A DNA stretch of 64,000 nt, taken from positions 177 to 64,176 of the forward strand of contig DBFZVF010000010.1 in assembly GCA_048519165.1 (NCBI GenBank), given 5' to 3'. The notes under the pieces are model-generated. The model worked only from the letters and a program-made list of their open reading frames with translations. It was not told the origin of the DNA and searched no databases. Origin of the DNA: Collinsella sp. (GTDB lineage Bacteria; Actinomycetota; Coriobacteriia; Coriobacteriales; Coriobacteriaceae). Made by a program: the position numbers and the translations under genes. Positions 39,101-46,957 of the stretch are shown here, piece by piece (the first letter of the stretch is position 1; each line of letters opens with the position of its first letter).

Positions 39101-42100
39101 TACTCCGTACTCCCATCAATCTCGGATCCGTAGGTCACCTTGCCCGCATCGGCATCAGCCCTAGTAAAGGTGTAGTCCGCAGAGCCCGTGCTCGTGCTTC
39201 CGTAGCCAAAACTCTCCAGCAGGCTCGCATGGGTGAAGATCGTATTGTTCTCTTGGCTGGGCAAGCTGATTTGCTCAAACTTCGCCGTCACCTGATCGGC
39301 CTCACTGCCTACACCAAGCTTTCCGAACAGCGACGTAGCCGCCTTGGTGCCACTCGTGTACCCAGTAGTCTTGATATTCTTCGCGTTCAGGCTCACGTAC
39401 TTCTGCATCTCGTTGATGAGCAGAGGCATATAGGCGTTAGCGTCCGTGGCGCTGTTGGCGCCGTCGACAATCAGATTGTTGAGTGTAAGATCATCAATTG
39501 AGATCTTTCTAATCTTGGTGCCATTGCCGTCGCTGGACCCATACACGTAGCGGCACACGAGCGCGCCCGATGAGCTTCCGCCCGCGCCAATAGCGTCAGT
39601 AGAGCTCTTTCCGTCATTGATAACGGGCCCAACGGTACCACCCAAAGTGACGTTGCTTACTGTGAGATCGCCGTCTGCCACCGTTTGAAAAAGACCGCAG
39701 TGCATGTTCTCGTGCTGGGTGGCATCGGAGTTTAGCTTGTTGCCATTCTGCTCGGCCTTGATCTTGGAGTAGTAGAAGGTGATGGCCGCATTATTAACCG
39801 TCACCTCTCCGATCGGTTGAGTGGGATAGTAGCTGTAGCCGGCCAAATCGATTGTGCCCGTTATGGTTATGGAATCATCGAGCCCTGTCGTACCATCGGG
39901 AACAATTGTCGAACGAATACCGGCGGGAGCATAGCAGAAAGCAGACCATAAGAGCAGCTTGTCCGCTGTATCGATTTGACTGCCACTAAAGCCGCCTTCA
40001 CAATTCTTAGAGGCTATGTCGAGGTTGTAGAAGTAGCGGGTATTGCCGTTCGTATTCTGGCTTCGACCGAAAGACGAGCGATTATGGTAGCTGTTGTCTT
40101 TTGTGGAATCGCCGTCCATGTCCAGCTTGTTTTTCTGTGTGTGTAGCGAAACGACCGTGTTCCAGTCGGCGTCCATGAGCTTGCTGCCGTTGTTTGGTTT
40201 TACACCGCTGCCAACCCATTCATCGAAGGACGTTACGCCCGACGCAACGATGGCCCCCTCGCCGGTGGGCACCCTATAGGCGGTATCCCAATAAGCCCTG
40301 TCCTCCAAGTACAGGCCTAGGTAGCTCTCGACGCCATATGTCGTCTTATCATCCACCTTGCAGCCGCGGCAAACTAGAACGCCGAGCGTCTGAGCGGCGC
40401 CTGCATTAATCTTTGTGCCCGAGAGATCGATGGCGTAGTTGTTGATAATCCAGTGACCGCTGGCTGCGTATACAAGGCCGCCAAGCTCCTTGGAATCATC
40501 CACAGTCGCGATTATAGAAGCGTTGGTCGTTTTCAAAGCATAGGAGTTTTCACTCTTGTTAATGTTGTCATCTCCGATAGTTACGACCGCGTTGCCCCAG
40601 CTATAACCCAAGAGACCGCCCACGCCATTGAGCTTATCGCCGTTCTTTCCGACTCCCATCTTGAACGAGTTGAACGAAAGGCCCGTAATGTTAACGTCCT
40701 TTTTGGCCGAGTTGGCTATTGCCCCATCAGCCCCATAGGTGCTCTGTGCGATGCAGCCGATAAGACCGCCGACCTGGGCAATCTTGCCGCTGGTGCAATT
40801 GCCGGTTTCGATTGATCCGGCGACTTCGAGGCCCGCAACATTGAATGACGAGCCATAATCGCCCACATAACCAATGGCGCCGCCAATGCGACTATTGCCG
40901 TTAAGCGTTTTAGTTGCAGCGATGGTCGCTTGAGCCCTGCTGTTATCCTTAAACGCAACCGTAGAAGCCGCCGACACGCTGCCCGCAATACCACCAATGT
41001 TCACTTCGTTGCCGAACGTATCATCACACGCGATATTCGTTTTGCACGTTACGCCAGACAATGGCAGGTTGCCGACGATGGTACCTGCAAGCGACCCGGC
41101 ATCGATAGCCGAACCGTTATCGAACTTCATGGAACCAGCGATTGTGACGTTGGAGATGGTTGCGCCGTTGACGGCCGCGAACAAGCCCAAGCGGCCGTGG
41201 CGGTAGATTTTGCCGTTGCCGTTGCTCGTGTCATTGCCGTCGAGCACAGCTTCACCACGCTTGCCGTACGGCTCGCCGACGGCAAGGTTGATTGTGCCGT
41301 TGCCATTTGTGCCGCCGCCGTTCAACGTTCCCGAGAAAACTTGCGAGCCGTCTGCACGATCCTGCGTGAAACCCGTCAGGCCCGTGCCCTTGAGATCAAT
41401 AGTGCCGTTCACCGTAATGGTCGAGGACTGCAAGATGTTCGGGTTGTTTTCGGAAACGCCCTCGACCATGGAGTAGTAGCCGTTGGTTTGCCAGGTGATT
41501 GCAAGTTTGGCGAAATCCTCAACAGAGGTTAGGGTGTAGGCACCGTTAGCTGCCGTCAGCGAATCCGGCAAGGTCAACTTATGAGTGTCCACATCAAGCT
41601 TAATGAAGTCGCCGCCCAGACGAATAACTTCGCCGTAGGTCGCGATGTCGTCCGTCTTCGAGGCAGTATTGCTACGTTTGAAGGTCCAGCCCGCTGCACC
41701 CTTGTCAGCGTCAGAGCCATCGCCGACAGCAAAAATCAGCGCGTTGTGGTTCTCGTATACGAGCTGGCCCGTCGTGCTGTTTTCGGCAAAACTTGCGCCC
41801 GACAGATCCGTGATGCCGCTGAATTTGATTACAGCATTCCACGCGGAGCCTGCAATTCCCGCGGCACGGTTGCTTTGCGCCTTACCGATAGGATTGTCGC
41901 TTGTAAGTTTGAAATCTCGCACGTCAAGGACATTGCGCGCGTCGACAACGCCCACGGCACCACCGAACTTTCCGGCGTCCGTTCGCGCCGAAGCATCTCC
42001 CTTGCACGCAACCGTCACGCCGTCGAGCACAACGGCGACAGGCTGCGAATTGGAGTCCGCGCTATCGCCAACATAGCCAACAACACCGCCCGTATCGGAC

Positions 42101-43788
42101 AGCTTGCCCGCAAGTTCAAACTCAATTGAGCACGTTTTCTTATCCGCATCCTTTTGGACCACAAAGGCGCGCAGCGACTCATCGACGCCTTTTGCCGTCG
42201 CAAACACCTTGCCGACAAGGCCGCCGTAGCTGCCGTTGAAGCTAACTTCTTCCGGTAAGGTGAACTTGCTCTTATACGTTCCGCCTTGCACCACGATGTC
42301 GCCATTAGAAATATCGGCCACACCAAAAAGGGCGCCGGCGCGTTGCGATGCACCAAGCGTCACAAGCTTGCCCAGGTCGAACATATTGGGCTTAACGATA
42401 AATCCTTGCGCAAAGCTCACGTCGCCGATGACGCCACCGGAGCAAGCGCTGTCTTTATCGCCGACGTTGCACGCCGGCTTAACCGTTACGCCATCAGCGA
42501 TGTTGAGCGTGAGGTTGGTGGCCTTACCGATAAGACCGCCCGCCGCGTTTTTACCTGCGACGCTCAGCGCCGAGACATCGATGCCAGTTGGTAGGGCGAC
42601 GGTGGCACCCTCCCGCGCCTCGCCGATAAGACCCCCCGCGTTGGCATCAGCGGCTGTCGCGTTGATAGTGGGGGTACCGTCGAGTTTGTCCGGCAGGGCG
42701 AGGCCCGCAAGCGTAAGCGATGCTCCTTCGGCAAGGGTGTTCACAAGCAAGCCCATGTTGCCTGTGCTCGATTGCATATCGATCGCCAGGGGGCTGTTCG
42801 CGCTTGTCACGTAGGTTGCGTTAAGCGTGAGCGCGCCCGTGACCTCGCCCACAAGTGGCGAGGCGAGCTTGCAGATGTCCTTTTCGGTATCGCTCTTGGG
42901 CGTGCCCACGGTTACGGTGGCAGCAAGCGTCTTGTCCGCGCCCGTGACCTTTGCGGCCACGATGGGCTGGGCATCGGTACCCTTCCAGGTGAGCTTTACG
43001 GTGCTGTTGGCGTCGCTGAGCTCGATGTTGTTGAAGAGCGTCTTGTTGACGGTCAGGGTCCTGTCGCCGAGGTTGAGCGCGCCTTTGAAAGGGTAGGCAT
43101 CGCTGCCGAAGCCCCGGAACGTGAGGCTACCCAGGCCGTCCACGATCTCCGCGCCGCACACGTCGAAGTCGATGCCGGTCGAGCCACCTTTGGAGATGTT
43201 CGCGTTCTGGTAGATGGCGGGATCGGTGTTGGAGATGGCGATAAGGTCGGCGTTGGACTCAAAGGTAATGGCCGTGACGGCGCCCAAGTCGTCAGTGATG
43301 ACATTGCCGTCACCCAACGCGTGCCTGAGATCCTCGACAGTAGCGATGGTGGGGGCGGTGTTTGCCTGATCAGCAGCATCCGCGTCCGCGTCATCCGCTT
43401 GTTCTCCGTCAGCAGCACCCTCATCGGCAGCCGCATCGTCTTGGGACGCGTCGCCCTCCGTTGGGGTATCGCCGTTAGTGGTTCCATCGGTCGTGGAGTC
43501 CTGTGATTCGCCAGCGTTGGTAGAACCGTCGCCGCCCTCGGTAGCGCCAGCGTCGGCGCCCGGAGTCGTTGCGACATCATCAGATGTAGCCTGGTCAGCA
43601 TCTTGCAGCGCGGTGGCCACAGCATCCTGTACGGAGCGCGCCGTGTTGCCCGCGGCGCGCGCGGCGGAGACGGATGCCTCCATGACGGCGTCGAGCTCTT
43701 GCGCGAACACCTCCGTGGAGGGCGCAAGCGCCTGGAAAATCATGATCGCAGTCAGGCATGCGGTTGTTATGCGCTTTGCCGTTCTCAT
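33112..43788 (-). CDS. Giant (3558 aa) secreted beta-rich protein with GLUG-like GGL(I/V)G repeats; putative adhesin
   Basis: Sec signal MRTAKRITTACLTAIMIFQALAPSTEVFA, acidic linker, many AGGLIG/GGVVG motifs, GCGTYGDPYSVTNAAEM, FRGVIVG; no LPXTG or C-terminal TM. Confidence 0.85.
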   Translation of the reverse strand: MRTAKRITTACLTAIMIFQALAPSTEVFAQELDAVMEASVSAARAAGNTARSVQDAVATALQDADQATSDDVATTPGADAGATEGGDGSTNAGESQDSTTDGTTNGDTPTEGDASQDDAAADEGAADGEQADDADADAADQANTAPTIATVEDLRHALGDGNVITDDLGAVTAITFESNADLIAISNTDPAIYQNANISKGGSTGIDFDVCGAEIVDGLGSLTFRGFGSDAYPFKGALNLGDRTLTVNKTLFNNIELSDANSTVKLTWKGTDAQPIVAAKVTGADKTLAATVTVGTPKSDTEKDICKLASPLVGEVTGALTLNATYVTSANSPLAIDMQSSTGNMGLLVNTLAEGASLTLAGLALPDKLDGTPTINATAADANAGGLIGEAREGATVALPTGIDVSALSVAGKNAAGGLIGKATNLTLNIADGVTVKPACNVGDKDSACSGGVIGDVSFAQGFIVKPNMFDLGKLVTLGASQRAGALFGVADISNGDIVVQGGTYKSKFTLPEEVSFNGSYGGLVGKVFATAKGVDESLRAFVVQKDADKKTCSIEFELAGKLSDTGGVVGYVGDSADSNSQPVAVVLDGVTVACKGDASARTDAGKFGGAVGVVDARNVLDVRDFKLTSDNPIGKAQSNRAAGIAGSAWNAVIKFSGITDLSGASFAENSTTGQLVYENHNALIFAVGDGSDADKGAAGWTFKRSNTASKTDDIATYGEVIRLGGDFIKLDVDTHKLTLPDSLTAANGAYTLTSVEDFAKLAITWQTNGYYSMVEGVSENNPNILQSSTITVNGTIDLKGTGLTGFTQDRADGSQVFSGTLNGGGTNGNGTINLAVGEPYGKRGEAVLDGNDTSNGNGKIYRHGRLGLFAAVNGATISNVTIAGSMKFDNGSAIDAGSLAGTIVGNLPLSGVTCKTNIACDDTFGNEVNIGGIAGSVSAASTVAFKDNSRAQATIAATKTLNGNSRIGGAIGYVGDYGSSFNVAGLEVAGSIETGNCTSGKIAQVGGLIGCIAQSTYGADGAIANSAKKDVNITGLSFNSFKMGVGKNGDKLNGVGGLLGYSWGNAVVTIGDDNINKSENSYALKTTNASIIATVDDSKELGGLVYAASGHWIINNYAIDLSGTKINAGAAQTLGVLVCRGCKVDDKTTYGVESYLGLYLEDRAYWDTAYRVPTGEGAIVASGVTSFDEWVGSGVKPNNGSKLMDADWNTVVSLHTQKNKLDMDGDSTKDNSYHNRSSFGRSQNTNGNTRYFYNLDIASKNCEGGFSGSQIDTADKLLLWSAFCYAPAGIRSTIVPDGTTGLDDSITITGTIDLAGYSYYPTQPIGEVTVNNAAITFYYSKIKAEQNGNKLNSDATQHENMHCGLFQTVADGDLTVSNVTLGGTVGPVINDGKSSTDAIGAGGSSSGALVCRYVYGSSDGNGTKIRKISIDDLTLNNLIVDGANSATDANAYMPLLINEMQKYVSLNAKNIKTTGYTSGTKAATSLFGKLGVGSEADQVTAKFEQISLPSQENNTIFTHASLLESFGYGSTSTGSADYTFTRADADAGKVTYGSEIDGSTEYPGKQLWYYDEATYGAVSGYVTVDGKKDGDVRPWFGDYLPYVYKGKAAEDGVQYHEIKVNQRIPKLVMGCGTYGDPYSVTNAAEMNAIANYINNMTALDGWEVTIVADQGRLCTRRSSDHSTDNEVTYVYKQANGTDNKWEKKTGDASTNSPQTLSDETMHRYMQSAYYSIEPTEGNTITLDGASFGGFGNRANPFRGVIVGNFGSDNKNATIKIENNEGSLRGLIPYSYGSVVRDLNIRYVNASATITYSAKDADGVPTAFFGGVVGCILGGDNIIDGVVVNGTTAENPTTGFTVTGGGDKPHLVPIGGYVGAIAGGGVIFRNMDKSGKSSWRAGTGDKSRGLGKGNFDLYNNPYVGRVIDGYAFSEGCKVENGNANYQINELTKKGTPCVTTTGTDNKYLGTNAEAPVTMVKNAQGLLVLSAIISSGAGAGAAHTNYSNNGVFRGSKAYWGSDSQDPAICGYLFGNKEYGKVRNANYANVGKPESAAGDFEIAKNDDQKAPGKQGWHGPLDHDDDVNSPYLVASYAADYQTGYVCASKSIGMSLEFKQGDTYDMTDYGTGYVGLNGRYYSNACNSNQPGTDRDRITPHVATIDGNGATITVGTEGTAYGVVEYADDDYKVSGVGGLFSTVMFTSTNVGQSVTANDGAQVKDLTFSNCNVALTYIDTNGEAKPGEAPNDLTGAGLLAGATANYDDGTCGIYRNVQMKNCTVSGAKSVGGLLGSSGRARRTTSEDRTYMVEFGDGWGPAYLYDCSYTGLNVTGEKNVGGYVGTVASACGVWTTAGTGVSERTVGKNSTITATGTVPYVGGVLGYVERSDISVNTNIGTATAAQSSCTAVISGVNVLATGSNSDDHMGAGGVVGRARGGVISMSNVRIDGGNGTENAVIGDKAGTNNSIYNAGGLIGEVTSSGSPNKYWFDDCSVKNVSIAGTGKCSGGLIGYFFSNVNIACNNIAIENATIKGNWSGGLLGANNASNSGSVVIDVTNTKVSNTTFSERSNGGIMGDGRGQFHLLNVLMDSNSYNAGKTQGVLLGEVDTGDGKYSLSAAGVEVKPGSGKTTSDLPPMVYTTNTNTAAVNEKTYIAFGDYNGTAAAPNENKTLYGAGDTATTATSPYVTTRPVSTLAVRASDGDTTDRYLFGDGAAIDTATTIQSQAGARVPGRYTYTNIAGINDAGAYQNTSTYSADSSRSTYNANNITSGKKAKTDFPVLVIPGNDTTTVESYLNIVTNGGFSDARRLNGSTAHVTATAEVFSLADNGTFVKDVAASQAPTLKVLNNGTSSMAFRASTDWDNEQGRFTLLTVTFSEAGQSYRVQVPIIVKRMLEIDFTATYSEGANFKAADYATKYDKHVLVSSGDTMTGYLTWTYGSARGKPVDYGWNTLLEAGGSMGPLNKSITFGATLPEGTQLTLVDTANNSREYHYTVGTGGATSVKLTEFVDAGNKAYYTEPWLSEIVGVKADEAKEDKDGAWVKLADDEVKDKSQAELAKMAGAKVDGAYYRARTSSDATGTFYTLSVDKEEPKSENFYLVVRTPAGSAGVNGYTATTVDTSLNEHINYLLRGKKVADGKAAEDGHQNTPSTYSVASNYTHSLVDNKRNLVDNRDSINRMELKEATYSLSMNVSDTVTFDSSQQYTSSDALYYQLDSSLVTYHDGVIAGSVGYPTGTQGTYEFYVKVGDNYYTWGGSGWNLAGTKETPVVSGLSWTANGGDMSLVLADAEGNPIDMSGLREIAKNHVNAFTVTMRAALTMTEPACQAGIVASQNSGTDRYTKPNYRAYLSTHADTLSTSSNSAYNDGGAGYYRMDVGSSTIALEASKKSQLGINIDDLKSADGEIALVGTYDLSKLTGAEAKIDAASTVTYTLSLEQRQDNGGYAPVGDISNYITVLGSDCLGTGAASADGNSYVFTDTKTNGAFLTRDGNSLAFKHAFRVKVNTNVEGENQTYANYRLVLTANIMTGNVVDDTPVNVSNLDGYSHSDYVTYTLARINTEGIRHETKTN

Positions 43789-43852
43789 CTGGTCCTACCT
43801 CGTTCTATCTCATGCCCCGTGCGGGGTCTCAAAATCACAGATTGCGGTTGGC

Positions 43853-44830
43853 CTACGCAGCCCTGCACGTAACACCGATGTCATCCAAGCTGCCGGGCGC
43901 GGTATCCGTCGAACGGTAAAAGGTAATAATCTCCGACCCGGGATCCATGGTGAACGTAACCGACCTTCCATCAAAGGTCGCGTCGGAATGATTCGTCGCC
44001 AAAAATGGGTCAAGCTCAACCTTGTCGCCCCATGTAAGCTTGATTTTTGTTGGCGCGCCCGTAACGGTCGCGCGATAGTTGTAAGCGTCGAAAGCGTTGA
44101 TATCCGAGTTCTTATCGACCCACTCGCCCGAAACGCCCGAAGCCGTTACCTCTGCACGCTCGGAAGGCGCAATCTTGGCGGCGAGCCATTTAAGGTTGGT
44201 GCCAGGGCTATTGGAGCCGACCTGGGCCTTAACGGTGAAGGATGCTTTGTTGAGGTCTGCCTTGGAAAACGTAACCTTATAGGTATACATGGTTGCCTTG
44301 TTGGCGGGGAAGGAAAGGCCGACCGTGCCGTTCGCCGTCAGCGCAGGCTCACCGCTTATGCTCCAAGCTTTCGTCGTACCCGTCGCCGTCACGCTCAGCG
44401 TCGCGTTAACGTCCTTGTCGTTGACCTTGTTCTTGTCGCCCAGCAGATGGTTGTAAATGCGAAAGGTAAAAGAGCAGTTTTCCCCACTCGTGTCGGCAAT
44501 GACGCTTCGGACGGCAATCCCCTCGTCATTCAGCGTATCATTCGTGTAGCCCGTAAGCATGTCCGAGGCAAACAGCGCCTGTGACGTGCCCGAAACAGCA
44601 ACCGACTTAAGAAAGTCACCCGCCAAAAAGGCCGTGTAGGTAAGGTAGGTTCCCGTCGCAATCGCGACGGCGCACAGCAGCACCGCAACTGCCCACAGGC
44701 GTTTGCGCACTTTGGAATTAGGGGCAGCAGACTCCGCCAAGGCAGACTTCGCCGCATGATCGTCAACCTGTGCAAAGTGCTTGCCGGCAGGCCTTGCGAT
44801 TTCATTTTGTGCGTTCTTGTCTTTCCTCAT
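43853..44830 (-). CDS. Single-TM secreted beta-rich protein (TasA/CalY-like N-terminus)
   Basis: ATG 44830 with SD GGGAGG; KVRKR-hydrophobic helix-TYLTYTAF, then a Thr/Ser/Val-rich domain. Confidence 0.75.
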   Translation of the reverse strand: MRKDKNAQNEIARPAGKHFAQVDDHAAKSALAESAAPNSKVRKRLWAVAVLLCAVAIATGTYLTYTAFLAGDFLKSVAVSGTSQALFASDMLTGYTNDTLNDEGIAVRSVIADTSGENCSFTFRIYNHLLGDKNKVNDKDVNATLSVTATGTTKAWSISGEPALTANGTVGLSFPANKATMYTYKVTFSKADLNKASFTVKAQVGSNSPGTNLKWLAAKIAPSERAEVTASGVSGEWVDKNSDINAFDAYNYRATVTGAPTKIKLTWGDKVELDPFLATNHSDATFDGRSVTFTMDPGSEIITFYRSTDTAPGSLDDIGVTCRAA

Positions 44831-44853
44831 CTGGCGCCCCTCCCTTCCTGCTA

Positions 44854-45660
44854 TTAGTTGCCGCTCGTGCCGCGAGCGATTAGGTAGACCATGTCGGTCT
44901 CTTTGACGTTTGAGACTGTCTTTCCGTTTACGGTCACAACGCCCAGATTCCACGTGCACTCGATGATGAAGTTCGTGGCGGCGTTGGCCCTTTTGTTCTT
45001 ATCGCTGTAACCGTCGAGCTGACTCTTTGTGAACTCGTGATACCGGTAGAGCGGGCGCGCGTTTTTCTGGACATTCACGTACGAGCCGTACGTCGGGTCG
45101 TTTGCCTCAAGCTCCTTAGCTAACGTACTTGTCCCGTCCGCGGAGTTGATAAAAGCGAACTTAATCGGGGTGCTGCTCTTCTTGCTCCATGAGTAGGTGC
45201 GGTTGAGCCCGTCGAGGCCGACCACATCTCCCTTCGTTGCCGACGATTCGTTGACCGTCACGTGGTACACATTGATTGTCAGCCCCGTGATATTCGTGGT
45301 ATTTGCCACCTGCAGCTCAAACGCTTGACCGCCGGCAGCGGGATCGCCATTGTCGCTCCGCACACAAAACGCGCGACGAACGGTCACGGTGCCGTCGTCT
45401 TTCTTCTCATCGCCGCGCGACTCGTCATACGAAATCTCGATGGGCTCAATGCTTGTCTGGTTGGGACCCATGATCTTAAGCTGCGCGGGCGTTTGAATCT
45501 TACCCACCGTAGACAAACTTTTGCTGCTTACGAACCATGTCATGGTAAGGCCGATGATAAAAATGATGGCCGCGAGCAGCACCAAGACCGCGAGGGTCTG
45601 TGCGCGGTGGTTTTCTATCCAATTGCGGGCATCGCCGAGGCGCGTTTGCATGGTGCTCAT
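44854..45660 (-). CDS. Single-TM secreted protein with SipW-type-like 'TMTWF' N-terminus
   Basis: HRAQTLAVLVLLAAIIFIIGLTMTWFVSSKSLST; C-terminal KETDMVYLIAR; ATGA-coupled to the upstream gene. Confidence 0.78.
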   Translation of the reverse strand: MSTMQTRLGDARNWIENHRAQTLAVLVLLAAIIFIIGLTMTWFVSSKSLSTVGKIQTPAQLKIMGPNQTSIEPIEISYDESRGDEKKDDGTVTVRRAFCVRSDNGDPAAGGQAFELQVANTTNITGLTINVYHVTVNESSATKGDVVGLDGLNRTYSWSKKSSTPIKFAFINSADGTSTLAKELEANDPTYGSYVNVQKNARPLYRYHEFTKSQLDGYSDKNKRANAATNFIIECTWNLGVVTVNGKTVSNVKETDMVYLIARGTSGN

Positions 45661-46706
45661 GAGCTCACGCCCTCCTGAGCGCTAATTCTAAGTTGAATGT
45701 ATTCGACCTTATTGCCGATCTGCTCGTCGGCATTGTTGTACAGCGCCGAGCAGATGGCGGCGTCGCTGAAGGACATGTCAGCCGAAACCGCAGGAGCGTT
45801 GGCAGCACTTGTGCCGTTTGCCGCGCCATAGAAGTAGTTCGCTTTATGCGCGTTCATATCTGCCTGCAGAGCGCCGTAGTCAGACTTTGCGTCGCCCGCC
45901 GCCGCAAACAGATTCTTGTAGTAATTCGTGTTGCCCGTAAGGACAAAGTTCTGGAAGTACTCCGGCCATACCCAGTACAGGCTCACCTCTTTTGACTCTG
46001 TGGTCTCGCTCGACCCCTTCTTGCAAAATTCGCTCTTGTCAATCCTGATCTTGCTATCGACTACGCGCCCCGAGTAGTACCCGTTCTGGCAGCTCGTAAA
46101 GAACAGCAAATGGCCCTTAGCCAAGCCAAGGAGCGTTTGCGCATCAGACGTCAGCGTTTTTCCGTCCTCAACAACGACATTGCCCGTGACTTTAAGCACG
46201 CGTGACAAGTTGATCGTGACCCCGTTCAGGTCATCCACCAGCGGCTTCACCGTAAACGTAATCTTGCCTCGGGCACCCGGATACAGAGAGCCGGCGGACT
46301 CGTTGTTGAGGTTGGATTCCAGCGTTACCGTCATGGCGTCCGTCGTATCGAGCCTCGTGATGTTTTGCTTTTCGGCGTCCGTGCGCTCGTAATATCCCGT
46401 GTGGGCGTCGGGCTCGCCTTCGCCGGTGGCGGTAAGGCTATAGCGCCCCGCCTTCGCCCCGATCGTGCCCCCCGTGGCGCTCACTCGGTTATTCGCAGCA
46501 AACCAGGCCAGGCATGCAAAGATGGCAACGATGGCAGCCAGCACAAACAGACCGCTCACCAGGAAATCCTTCCAGAAATCCTTGAGGGTCCGCACGTGCT
46601 CGTCGGCAGCTTGGCGGTACTCGGCCGCCGTCATGTGCTGCTGGAGCTCGCTATGTCGGTCCATGCCACTCATCGCTTGCGTTTGCCCTGCTTGCGGGCG
46701 TGCCAT
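45657..46706 (-). CDS. Single-TM secreted protein with SipW-type-like 'LAWF' N-terminus (TasA/CalY-like)
   Basis: GLFVLAAIVAIFACLAWFAANNRVSA; LYPGARGKITFTV; LYWVWP; start uncertain. Confidence 0.78.
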   Translation of the reverse strand: MARPQAGQTQAMSGMDRHSELQQHMTAAEYRQAADEHVRTLKDFWKDFLVSGLFVLAAIVAIFACLAWFAANNRVSATGGTIGAKAGRYSLTATGEGEPDAHTGYYERTDAEKQNITRLDTTDAMTVTLESNLNNESAGSLYPGARGKITFTVKPLVDDLNGVTINLSRVLKVTGNVVVEDGKTLTSDAQTLLGLAKGHLLFFTSCQNGYYSGRVVDSKIRIDKSEFCKKGSSETTESKEVSLYWVWPEYFQNFVLTGNTNYYKNLFAAAGDAKSDYGALQADMNAHKANYFYGAANGTSAANAPAVSADMSFSDAAICSALYNNADEQIGNKVEYIQLRISAQEGVSS

Positions 46707-46852
46707 CCTTTTCCGCTCGGTCGCGTTTATCCGTTGTTCGCAGGTAGAGAATTCAGGCAGAATACAACACCATACGATAAGGTAAAAGAATAGCATTGAC
46801 CTGCGGCTTGCTCCACAACGCAAGCCTTAATGATGTCTTAAAAGTCAAACCC

Positions 46853-46918
46853 TTGGTGCAAGGGGGCAGGTTACTTCGCACCAACATGGTGCAAACAAAC
46901 CTGGCCCCCTTGCACCAA
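46853..46918. repeat. 66-bp nested palindrome
   Basis: TTGGTGCAAGGGGGCAGGTT...GCACCAACATGGTGC...AACCTGGCCCCCTTGCACCAA. Confidence 0.8.
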
Positions 46919-46957
46919 TCCGTGGCACCGGGCAGCGGACACACGGCGTGCCGCCCC

